NCBI GenBank assembly: GCA_965285935.1
Contig: OZ260663.1
Coordinates: 76,136,001-76,200,000 of the forward strand
DNA length: 64,000 bases
Direction of reading: 5' to 3'
Source of the DNA: Ophelia neglecta
Taxonomy: Eukaryota
The notes below the pieces were generated by a model, which was not told where the DNA came from, searched no databases, and saw only the letters and a program-made list of their open reading frames with translations. Position 1 is the stretch's first letter. Each line of letters starts with the position of its first letter. A program made the translations under genes and the position numbers. This document shows, one piece after another, positions 12,716 to 25,441 of this stretch.

Positions 12716-15700
12716 TGTTCTAACCAGTTTTGAACTTAACTATTGTTCAGAATGATATTGAAGCACTCAATACATCACTGATACAAGGTTTGTGTTAATG
12801 GTGTCATATTGCTGAATGGCAGATTCAAATAATATCATCACTTAAATATACATGCTATACCCAAACTCCGAACAGGTTCACTCCACATAAAAGCACAAAA
12901 TAATTCACCTTTATCACCCTTAGTGTGTACAAGCAGATATTTTAAATGACCACTCCACGGCATTAACATAGCTAAACATGGTACACTTAGTTAGCCATTC
13001 CAATGTTCACCTCAAAACATCTTGATCCAAAGTACTCGACATTTCCCATCACAAATTGTCATTACACCATACAATAGTGTGAACCTTAAGAAAATATTAG
13101 CTAAAGTCAATGAAAGATTCTGGTACTAACATTATATAAAGGCCAGTGACAAGACTTAGTTGGACCGTTCGCCATGACATTGATGGAATATGCAATGGCC
13201 AGTTCTTTAATATGGCTTCCTTTCATGTCCAGACAAACTCGCCCACTTTGTCAGGAATGTGAAGCCTAACTTGTCACAACCAGCTTTAATTATAATAAAG
13301 AGTCACTTTAATGTGTTTTTTTTAATTGTTTGATGGTGTTATTTTCAGTGCAAGACAGAAGGAGTATATCATACATAAAGTGGAGAGCCCCTAAAGAGAG
13401 AGCTGAGGCCACCCCAGGCAGCCCCAAGCCTACAGAAACAGTCAAAAGTAAATATTTGTATTAACAACAGAACCAAGCTACTAACTAAGGTTAAGACTAT
13501 CCAATGACAGACGAGTTCACTGGGATTGCTGCTATCCCATAGCACCAGTGTTCTTTAACTAACCATGGACGCTACCATCTCTTACCCAAAATCAACTCCC
13601 CTCTAATGAAACGGACTGTTCCGACCTGTCTCTGAAGGAGAAGGGTGATCTGAACACATCTTTTCTTTTGTAACCACCAGCTTAATGGCTACATCCTAAA
13701 TCTACATGATACAAGTACTGTATTCAGATTACTTTGTAGTACATGTACACAAGTCAAATTGGCACCTGTTGAATGCCAAATATGACACTTTAATACGAAA
13801 CACTTTAATCTAAGCCAAATAAATGAAGGAAATGTGCAATGCCTGACCAGTAACAAGTCAACAACATGACAAATATCAGTCCTATCTGGCTTCTTTGGAA
13901 ACAATGAAAGCTTGAGAGGCTTTCCATGAAGGTCAAGACTGCCTTTTTTGAAACAGAGAAATTTACAGGTGCCTGACCTATGAAAAGAAAATGGTCTGGG
14001 AGTACCTGATGCGGCTCTCTTTCCAGCTACAAGACATTTCAGGGATATTTGCCTGGCCCTTCAAGCCAGCCAATGACCCAATCAAGACACCTCTAATTAC
14101 CCGAGTCTGTGTTAAACCCATCTGCCAATGAGTGTCAGTAATAATTTTCACACCTTTAGCAGGTAAGTTGGAGTCATTAAGCACTGGTCGTTATGAGCCA
14201 GGCCGAGCCAATCCATTAAGCGACAGCCGTTTTCCTGGTACCTGTGTGCAAAATGGCAGGCACGGATACGAGGGATAATACCTAAATTATACCATTTCAA
14301 AGATACATGACCATGTACTTGGGCAATTTTGCATGGAGTTGATCATCGAGTGTGCGGAGAGGCTGTGCCAAGCCGGCCTGACAACATGGGATTATTAGCC
14401 AACCCTCTCACCTTTCCCAACCAGTAGGAATTCAATGTTATGTACAGTGGCAGTCATGAAATTAATTATTTACATGTGAACCACTGCAAATTGGTCAATG
14501 CATCTGAAAAACGTGCACGGCTTTGTCACATCAGCGGGTGACTTGATTAATGAGCAATACCTCTAATTTGAATGATGGAAGAGAAAGTGATGGACATAGC
14601 AAAGTAACATTAGCCCTGCTGGCCTTCAATGTTCTTTGTTTTCTTGTTGGCAGCACCTATGACGTGACAAACATGTACCTGGGGAAGGCCTGATGAATCT
14701 GGCTGGTGTGGAGAAGGCTCTCTCCTATCACCCTCTCACCCTGTAGACAAGTTCAGGTGGAGCGGGAGTGACTAGTCTATCTAATATACCTGCTGTCCTG
14801 TAATCCCATTAATAACAGAGCCAACTAAACCAATAAACAATACAAACATTGCTGATTCTTTACCGAGCTTTACCTCAGACAGACGGTAAAACTGAACAAG
14901 ATCTTGGCAACACATCCCCAAATGGAATTGTTATGCACTTCCTAATTCAACAGGTTTTTGAATATGGCATTTATATAGCCTGAAAATTCCCAATCATTGA
15001 AAAACAGTGAAAAAAGAACTTCCTGTGTGTATGTAATCTTAATTATACTTATTATATTTCATTGATAAAAAGACATAATTTCTAAGCCAGCAGAGAGGTA
15101 CGTGTGTTTTTTATAATGTAATGACAGCAAAAACTCTGTTGTCTAAGGCTATCATTGAGAATGCCTGAGAAAGACAAGAGTGCCTTTGACAGGTTTGGCA
15201 GGATTTCATTCATATATTGGGAAAAGATGTGGTATAATTACATGTTTGCTTGTGGACTTAGGGCAATCTTAGGTGTACATTTCACCAACAATGACTCATG
15301 ATGTCACATGACACAATATTCTATAGCCAGACAGGACCACAAGGCTCTATGTTATAGTCACGAATAGTGTTGGTCGACCAATCTTAATTAAAATCTGCAT
15401 ACAGGTGTGTCCTGGCCAAAAGGGGTTAGACGGTCCAAAGTCTCTCGCCCAATATCCATAAAATCACATTGGCCATCACCTATTACGAAAAGCATGGCCA
15501 CGGAGACAGCTGCAGTCTCTCACATAAGCTTTCATAAATTTGATCCCTGATCAAACTACCAAGCTGTAAGAAAAAAAGAACCGACACCTGAACTGTTCTT
15601 TTTGAAAGAAAAACCACACAGCATGAACCTAGGAGTGTCCAGTTGAACAATACATCCGTGTTGATCTCCCTTTCAAAAAGAAATATCCCATCAAAATTAG

Positions 15701-16451
15701 AAATGGAGTTTTGCCGATTGGCTGGCGAATGGAATGCATCTTTTCTGTATGGCTAGTGAAGGTGAACAGAAATAGAAGCCCGAGATGAAGAGTGGCATAT
15801 TAAAACACTTATAAGGCAGCAATTGTGATGTACATTAACACTGTCCATTCATCACCAAGCATGAGAACTAGCCATGTGAGCCAGACACGAACAAAGGCAA
15901 ATTATTCACCAAAGATATAACATTCACCATCCATGCTTTTTATTATCTGGGTCATCCATTTAGCTTTCAATTAAATCAGTAATCAACTGTTCCAAAAGAC
16001 GATGAAAGATGGACAGAGGGACAGAAATTCCTCTCTACTGACAGCTAATACAAACCCCATGAAGCCCTGGTGCATGACCTTTAATTAATTGCTCAGCAAT
16101 GCAGAGGGCTTTTCAAGCAAACCTCAAACTAAATTCATTTCTAATTTATATTAATATATACAATGCTGCAAATTCCCATTCAACAATGTTTTTAGGTTCT
16201 GGAAAGCAAATAGGGGTGAAGTATGCTCATGCGCATCTCTAATTTCATATGTACACAAACTAAATATAGTTACTTTTTTTTATCAATACTCTCCACTGTC
16301 ATAGAAATTTTGCTCATTAAAATACAGATGTCCTCAGGCAGTTACAGATAAACTGCACATATATTCATCATAACCCTGGGCTACAAAGAGATTATTAAAA
16401 GTCTGACACATTAATTTTCCCCAAATGATGATTGCCAATAATCATGATGGT

Positions 16452-16514
16452 TATATATATATATGTATACATATGTATACATATATATATATACATATAT
16501 ATATATTTATATAT
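16452..16514. repeat. (TA)n-type microsatellite containing a perfect 42-bp palindrome (16452-16493)
   Basis: tatatatatatatgtatacatatgtatacatatatatatata is its own reverse complement. Confidence 0.9.
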
Positions 16515-19500
16515 CTTTTAATATCATGGCACATCCGGGACAACAATTAAGAGATTAAGTGATGTTTTCATCTATAAGTTTTGATGAGTGTTGCCCTGAC
16601 TGCTGGAGGACTTACCTTGAGCTGATAGGAGCCCTGTGTGGCAACATCTTCTAAGTCAGAAGTCATTACACTAATCACTCACATTAGACCAAATGACAAA
16701 GAGATCAATCTTACCACATAGGAGACGTAGGTGACGATTGGTTCATTCTAAGTGTATCCTCTCCAACCAGAAAGTCCTATTAACTATTAAATCCAGTTTG
16801 CGATGCAACAGAACCAGATATATATGTATAATTGCACGTCAAGCTCTATGTATAATTAGACAGTCAAGTAGACTGGCATGATTCATCAAACTTTGATTGA
16901 CTTTCTTTACAAGTGCTGTTCTGTCATGTGCTGAAATCACCTTTTCATTTCTGCATGAATTTTAATACTAAACAAACAGCCGAATTACAGATCGCAGGTT
17001 TTAATTCTTTCACTAACAAGTACCAATTTTGTAGTTAAGTACTCGTACCATTGATGCAATCTTGCCTCTTAGAAATGCTGTCTGCAGTGAACAAACAATC
17101 TTTAACAATCTGTAAAAAGCTGTTCCAAAAGGTGTCTTACTATGCAAATGAGGTATTAAATACTAATATATCTTGAGATCTATTGAAGGTTAAAGCATAT
17201 TAATTCAGGGTACAATCATGTGCAGGCCCATCAACATGATAGGATACATTACAGTTATTGAAAATCTCAGGTAGGTATGAACCCCCCAAAGTGCTTGTGT
17301 TTAATGCAGAATGTATGTTATCAAACACAGCCTACCTCGCCTCAAAAGTAAAATGTGCTGGTTTTGTTGGCCAGTGGTCAATAGGTTTACCTCTCATGAC
17401 CTCACACACAGTCACCACGCTGTATATGCCACAAACTCTCTTTTCATGTTTCCCAAATCTATAACTCCCTTGTTCTGACTAAGGACAACAAGACTGAACG
17501 TCAGGCCAGTTGTCAAACCCAGCATAAGTCTTCCGTCCGCCATCACATCAGAGCCTGCGTAGTCATTATAATTAAAACACAGCGTTCCATTTTTTGACAA
17601 ATAAATTTCACATGCGAGTATTGTGGCAGAGTTGGAAAGGGCGCATTAGGCCTGCTCATACTGCGTGATATGTGGGTCTACACTCTATCAGAGAATTGTT
17701 TCCTGAGCATGACAAATCTGTTGCTATTATTACCAAAATAATGAGCCTGAAACCAATTATCACATAGGCTGCCTTAAAAGTTCATACATCATGGAAGTAC
17801 ATGTAAAACTCTAAACGGATATGAACAGTCAGGAGGTAGTTGCATTATTGTGTCAAATGTCTTGAACAGAAATAATTAGTGCACAGCACACAACGCTTGA
17901 AAATTGGCCTCATATGGTATTCATTTGGCCAATATGAGCACCAGGTTCATCATCAACGGTCAACAGTGTTGTGCAACTAGAGCATTAGACATGATCAGTC
18001 ATCAACTTGAAGACAGTTCAGATAGATATACAGTTGTATGTGAGATCCATACAATGTAGATACAATATCCTCTAAGGAACTGTCCTTCCTGCTTCCTACT
18101 GGCTAAGTCAATGACTGCTATAAACACATATATACATGTTCCCATTAAGCTGTCTGGATCTGGTCAGTAATATATAGATTCATAGAATGAAACAGGGCTC
18201 ACAACTCATAAAAGCATCCACAGTAGCCAACACCTATTGTTTTGCCAACCTTGAACTGACAATAAGTTGTGGCTTTTTGGCTGAGAGCATATTTTAAAAG
18301 GCAATGGATGCACATAGACAATTAAGCTAATTATAAGTCTGTTTCAGTGGACAAAGCCAAGTTAGTTAGAAGTCAGTGATATACAACAATGCTGTACAGC
18401 GGTGTTGTAATACTAGGTCTGCATCTAAGGAAGGCAGCGGGCGCCTCGTGCACCTAACTGCTGTCGCCTAGATGCACGGAGAGCACCAGGGAGAGCATCC
18501 CAGGTCCTGAGACCTAGTCCCTAGACCTGGGGTCCTGATCCCATCGGGCCAGGGACAAGACGTGATCTCTTCCCCTGGTTCTGTCTCCTGACCCCCCTAC
18601 CCCCACCAAGCCCTACACTGCCAGAGAACCTGTCATCCCAGCAGGTGAGGTCCTGGCTGGCATGGCCTCATAACACATTACAACATTTACCTGAAGATCA
18701 GCTGCGCTGGTTAGCCAACGGTCTGCACAGTGTCGCTGGGGTCCTTACGCCATGTTGCCTCGGCTTGCATTAGCATGGCACACAGCGTCTCTTCTGTTTG
18801 CCCGGTTAAGCCAACAATGACAACGGTGTCATTTCACCTCATTTGCGTGTGAAAGCCACTTAATAATAGTTTAATTCCTTTCCTGTTTGAGTGACAGTAT
18901 CCAATAGAATTGGATTGCGATCCACCGCACTGCGCCCAGTTTTGTGTGCTTCACTCTCCTGTACTCAGGATCAACTAAACACAGAGACAGCAAACGACCA
19001 CTGATTATTAAAGATGCAAGTCATATAGGGACACTGTGATGTCACACTCATTACAGAGACATGTACATGAATGGGGGCAGGCCTTGGAAAGGTTCATAAA
19101 AACTAGCACAATGTTCACTGCCAACCAACAGTCACAGAAATCATAGCAGGCTAAAGCACTCGGTCCTCCGGGTTTTAGACAAGGGAACAATATAACAGAT
19201 CCCGGCACTTCCTGCAGGAGATGGACTTTTTTCTGATTAATATTGCTGCCTTTTTTTATCCTCGAAGGTCCTTGGCTGTCAAAGTAGTGTCCCTTAGTCA
19301 AACAATAACAGGTTAAAATCAAGCTAGCTCTCCTATGTGAGCCGCCGGTCTATTTCTTTCAACTGGTCATAGAGGTTTGTGGCTAGCCACTAACTAACGC
19401 TCACAGCTGGCCTTCTCTCCACCCAATGATATATTTTCATATTCACTGAGCAGCATTGCCATTTGATTGCAATAGCGCATAAATCTCTGACATCTCAAGA

Positions 19501-22500
19501 TGCTGACCACTCACTTTTGACCGGTAACATGGCTGGAGACTCCTTCATACAGCAAGGCCACATATTTCGCAGCCTGGGCTTTTGGAAATGTGCCGTTCTG
19601 GGTAGATCACAGGCGTAGATGGTCTGGTGTAGATGGACTGGCGAGGTTGATATGGGTAAAGAGAGCAGCGTAGGTCCATCCCCTTCATCAAGCACTTCCA
19701 CTGATTCTCACTAACTAACAAAGTTTACTGGGCTGGCACTGCTATTGGCCCGCAGACTGGACCAGTAAGTCTAAGAGGTGTTGCTATCCCACTAGTTTCT
19801 GATTGGAAAGCCGCCACGGGCAGACTAACTGGGAAAGTTATGCGGAGTAAGGGCCAGCCAGAGCTGGGCTAAGAAGTAAGCACATACCAGCACACTGGCC
19901 TAATGACAATCATCAAGTGGTGTTAGTTAACTATTTCATCTGCAGATGTCTGTGTACCCAGCGATCAGGTTCTCTCCTGGGGTCAAGTCACCTGACCTTA
20001 TGCAAATTACATGGCCCAGTCAGATAGGAGAAACAATTCACATTCAAATGGGAGCGTTGAGTCAGGTATTCTATAGCCAACACAAAAGACAGCCAATCTA
20101 GCTTTGGACAGACCAACGCCTGAGACATATTAAATTATGCAAGGCAAACTCTAGTCTTTTCACCAGAGGGGGTTCTAAATAAATCTGTGATCCACGCATA
20201 GCAATTGAAAGGAGTTTTTTGGCAGGGGTGCAGGAGGTCAGCTTCAATCAAAAAAGTACATTATTTTGACTATTGGTGGCTGCCTAATGGATCCCTGCAC
20301 TAGTATACAGTAGTAACGATCCACAGGATTGTCTGTCCCTTCTTCAATTAGCTGCTACAATAAAAACCTGCCGCAATTGAAAAAATCACGTCTGTCTACT
20401 TCCATTTTCTATGGCTAAAATTAAATATAGGCAAACCTTAGAAATTTCTTCGCAACAGACCTTACTACTCTTCTGTCACAATTTTGTCAGTAAACAACAA
20501 AACAATGCAGGGCGGGAGCTGAAACACTTTACCCAGGACACCATGGGGGAGAAGAGTTCTCTGAGCAGAGGCATGCTTTTATTAATATTTAATCTGATGC
20601 CAGTTATGCATTCATTTGCAAGTAATTCACATTTCACCGTTGATTTGGAAGCTTGACGTCACCCCACAGCCCAGCACAATCAATGCGGGTGCTACCGGCA
20701 AATTAACATCTAATTGTTCATAACTGCCTGCCTCCATCTCCGATCAAATGCCGGAGCTTTCCTCCAATAATGATGGAAAACTAATTAATCGAGTTGCGAT
20801 GGGGCAGCCAACTTGCCAGGCCCCTGTTAATGAATGGGGCCATACCATTGGCCAATGCAAGATTAATGGTAAGGAAATCATTCCCTCAAATCGAATAGAC
20901 ATAAATTCAATATGGAAGGTCTTATTAGCCGTGTTTCAGAGGCATAATTATTACTTATGCTGGCTAATTGCAATTCTGCCACCTCAAAGGCTGCTAGTGA
21001 CATGGCTGATTTCTCCCTCCACTCAGGCAACACGGGGCCCCAAGCCACATCCCTCCAGGAACAGCACAGCTTAGTGCTTTCTTACAACATTAAACATTGT
21101 TCTTAGAGAAATCAAAATGCGTGTAAAGGTCCCGTATAATCTGCAGCAGACACCTTAAATGGGGGTGTGTGAATCAAGAAACAATCGATAACTCGGCAGA
21201 GAATGACAAGCAAATCTATACACTTCATCCGGCCAGCGGCGGCTGTAAAGGAGACTGACCCAAGTGCAGAGACACACTGACAGAAGCTCCCTCTTGTGAG
21301 CACCGACAACAATAGTTATTGGCTTGGCGTGACTTTGACTGAACAACTGGAGTCAACAGGGCGCTGCACGCTGTGCTTGGACACATGATTATGAAAGCTT
21401 ATAAACACTGCCACTCCCGGGAGTGTACACACTTCATGTCATTAAAATTTTCATATTTGACATTTGATGCCACAGATTGACTAACAACTTTGACCAGTTT
21501 GCCTCCCCCTGACAAAAACCTTCACATTCTCCAAACAAAGACACGCCATTTCAGGAAAATCTTAACAAATAGCAACACACCATTCCAGTGAAGAGATCTA
21601 CTTTCAAATATTGGCGTAGTTTGTTTGGTAATCTCTCAATTCAATGCACATATATATCTCCCCTTCTGTGTACACATAGCAAATGACTCACTTATATTAT
21701 GTCTCCTATTTTACGACAGAAGGGAATAATGAGCTGGTTCTATCAGGCAAGTTTTAAGCTGTAAATGGCTGCCACTTGTCTATTGGAGGAATGTTTTACG
21801 CTCTTAAACGTGCCTGTTTATCTGCCTAGGATAAGTATGTATGCAGTCTGTTCAGACAAGTTTTCTGTGTTGAAGTTTGACGAAAAAACTGGGAACCGCT
21901 GCTGACCTTTACCAGTGATTAAACATTTGGCAACAAAAAGACACATAACTTGAAGATAGTATTTCCATTACACTCATAACCCAAACATTCCAGCCGTGAA
22001 ATTGTGTGAAACATTTAAACTGAAATGGCAACAATTAACACAATAATAACAATAAAACGAAAACACATGATATTTTCTGACAAATTTTAAAGAATAAAGG
22101 CCCTGGGAGTTATATCCTAGTCTACTATCTTTAGCGAGCTGCTCCAATCCGACAAATGGGAATATAAGAGGGGCCATCCCATGGTACTGACCTGCCATCA
22201 TTATTCCATGTATCAGTAATCCAGGTTAGAGAGGAGAGATACAAGTGCCATCACTGGGTTGCCCAGCTCTCCTCCTTTGGGGCATGAAGTGCCCACACTC
22301 AGATCATCACTCCCACACACCAGCGACCCTACTGACTGCGGTAACTGTTTAGAGACAAACTGGCCACCCTAGCACCTCACTGGCTCCCGCAGTTGACACT
22401 GATTACATCGGTATGCGGCTGGGCCATTTGTGCAATATGGATCACTCCTCAATTTTCATAAAGCATACTAATGAGAGGGATCCTGTTACTGGGAGTGGGC

Positions 22501-22803
22501 AAGCACTGCCGTGATTAGACCCACCTAATTATGCTGGGGCGCTGGCTGGCTAACTTACAAGCTCTGCCTCATTACCTAAAACCAAATTAATTGAAGCTAT
22601 AGAGCTTAGCCTGTCAGACTCCTCTCCCTCAGGTCTCAAGCATCAGATGTAGGTAAGCACTCCTGCGACATGTTTTTTTTTTGGCCCCAATGTCTTTCTT
22701 ATTCATAAAGCTGTAGTCATTTATTGGAGTGAGTTGGGGGCGGATGTCACGATTAACCAGTCGTAAGGTCATTGAAGAATTGTTGAGGATGACGTTCTTA
22801 GTG

Positions 22804-23924
22804 TTAGGACCCACTTGGGTGGGTATATAAACTGACCACCAGTCAGTTGTAGATCTTATTTCTGGTGTAAGGACAAAACTTGTCTGGTTATATAAACTGA
22901 CAACCAGTCAGTTGTAGATCTGATTCCTGGTGTAAGGACATACTTGTCTGGGTATATAAATTGACCCCAGTTAGTTGTAGATCTTATTTCTGGTGTAAGG
23001 ACAAAACTTGTCTGGTTATATAAACTGACCCCCAGTCAGTTGTAGATCTTATTTCTGGTGTAAGGACATACTTGTCTGGGTATATAAATTGACCCCCAGT
23101 TAGTTGTAGATCTTATATCTGGTGTGAGGACAAATTTGTCTGGTTATATAAACTGACCACCAGTCAGTTGTAGATCTTATTTCTGGTGTAAGGACAAATT
23201 TGTCTGGTTATATAAACTGACCCCCAGTCAGTTGTAGATCTGATTCCTGGTGTAAGGAAAAACTTGTCTGGTTATATAAACTGACCACCAGTCAGTTGTA
23301 GATCTTATTTCTGGTGTAAGGACAAACTTGTCTGGTTATATAAACTGACCCCCAGTCAGTTGTAGATCTTATTTCTGGTGTAAGGACAAACTTGTCTGGT
23401 TATATAAATTGACCACCAGTCAGTTGTAGATCTTATTTCTGGTGAAAGGACATACTTGTCTGGGTATATAAATTGACCCCCAGTTAGTTGTAGATCTTAT
23501 ATCTGGTGTGAGGACAAATTTGTCTGGTTATATAAACTGACCACCAGTCAGTTGTAGATCTTATTTCTGGTGTAAGGACAAATTTGTCTGGTTATATAAA
23601 CTGACCCCCAGTCAGTTGTAGATCTGATTCCTGGTGTAAGGACAAACTTGTCTGGTTATATAAACTGACCACCAGTCAGTTGTAGATCTTATTTCTGGTG
23701 TAAGGACAAACTTGTCTGGTTATATAAATTGACCACCAGTCAGTTGTAAGGACAAACTTGTCTGGTTATATAAATTGACCACCAGTCAGTTGTAGATCTT
23801 ATTTCTGGTGAAAGGACATACTTGTCTGGGTATATAAATTGACCCCCAGTTAGTTGTAGATCTTATATCTGGTGTAAGGACATACTTGTCTGGGTATATA
23901 AATTGACCACCAGTCTCTTGTAGA
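22804..23924. repeat. Minisatellite with a 64-bp unit, about 17.5 copies
   Basis: Consensus tatataaactgaccaccagtcagttgtagatcttatttctggtgtaaggacaaacttgtctggt. Unit starts at 22824, 22889, 22953, 23017, 23081, 23145, 23209 and so on to 23895. One unit (start 23721) has an internal 18-bp deletion. Confidence 0.97.
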
Positions 23925-25295
23925 CTGAGAAGACTATAAGTCAGCCCATCTCTGTAAATATTCATACAGCATATTCCAGCCCTGTGAACAAATTGCAAAT
24001 CAGTTCAATTTGTTGATGAAAACTCATTATTCCTAGATGCCAAACTCTTTCTGGCGCATATTGATCTGGAGAGTTTAGAGTCCCACGGCTTATGTATGCT
24101 TGCATGATCTTTAATAAGACCAGCCAGCCCCTGTGCCAGCCCCCTGTGCCAGCCGGTGATACGATGCCATGGCTCTCCCAGTCATAATTATCATCATCTT
24201 TATGAGACTTTTGATATAAGAGCATGTTTTTTCTGCTGTCTTTCAGGAATTAAATACCAAGGATCGAATAATTAAGGGAGAAAGAAAAGATACATGATAC
24301 AGTGTTGTCTAGAGGTCATAATCCATCCTTTGTGAGAGTTGGAGGATAATGTATGGCCAAGTCATTAGTCAGCCAGGCGGTAATGAAATAGCCTCTCTAT
24401 AAAGAAGATTAGGTCTGGTAAAGAACCAAGCTGATTTGCCACCTACAAAGAGCCTGAATACTATCCATAATAAATAATGTGTGTGAAAGAGGAATATCAA
24501 GCAGGAAAGTTTTTTTGTAAACTTAATAACAAGATCGCTTTCTTTGAGCTCCTCGCAGAGTTCTACAAGGAGTCAATCCATGTTTCTGTGTGCACACGTG
24601 TATATATAAATTAGCCACCAGTAGTCAACAGTGCAATATGTGTACTGGAAACTTTCAACAGGAGCAACTTTTGTGTCAGATAGCCCAAGTTGTAGAGATA
24701 GGGCTGTCTCCCAGTCCAAGATGGGCTAGCCAGTTATCACTAATTGCATTCAGAAGGTCAGAGTCAATGATATACACCAGTCTCATACCAACTCATGTAG
24801 ATAGATGAATCAAGGCAGTGTAAGATAATCTATCTATACCCAGCTTTGATTGTGCATTAGAGGTTCCACCCTGGTCCAGCGACAAAGATACACAAATATC
24901 CATGGAATTAAACCATGTGAACATAACTGAACTCACACCAGTGGTGTTTTTTTCTGCCGGCCTCTATGAACTCTTGACTGCGTGAGATAGCCAGAACCAA
25001 GCCGAGATAATGTAATATAATCACTAGCAACAGACATGATGAGGAGTGAGCCTCGCTAGATGATCGGTGGCCTGCTTTGCACTCAGCCATCAGCCATAAA
25101 TATCTTTTACGATTAATCTGCAGTAATGAGGTTAAGTTAGACTGCTTCTCCAAACACTGACAAAAATGGCACTTGAGGGATGCAGAAAGAGTGTGTAGGA
25201 TGAAGGTGGTAGAGCTGTATGTTTCAGAGCCAGAACACTGGGAATGGCCAGCACGGCTACCGGAACATTCTACCACTGATACTCTTCACACGCCC

Positions 25296-25441
25296 GTTGC
25301 CATGGCGATGTCTAATTCCTTTCTGCTTTTTGAACAATCTTTTTTAATCAGATCGCCAGTCTGGGGTAAATTAGAGCCATCCAATGAGCATGTGCGAAAA
25401 GTAAACATCTACATGTCAGCTGGAGTGGTTGCCATGGCAAC
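25296..25441. promoter_or_regulatory. Paired RFX X-boxes with a CCAAT box and a forkhead site between them
   Basis: GTTGCCATGGCGAT (25296-25309), perfect palindrome GTTGCCATGGCAAC (25428-25441), CCAAT at 25381 and GTAAACA at 25401-25407. Motif match only; function is untested. Confidence 0.55.

Noticed and set aside
22804-23924. CRISPR array or satellite hammerhead ribozyme
   Set aside because: The units are contiguous with no unique spacers, there are no cas genes and the context is eukaryotic. The hammerhead core is absent (CTGACCA rather than CTGANGA, and no properly placed GAAA).
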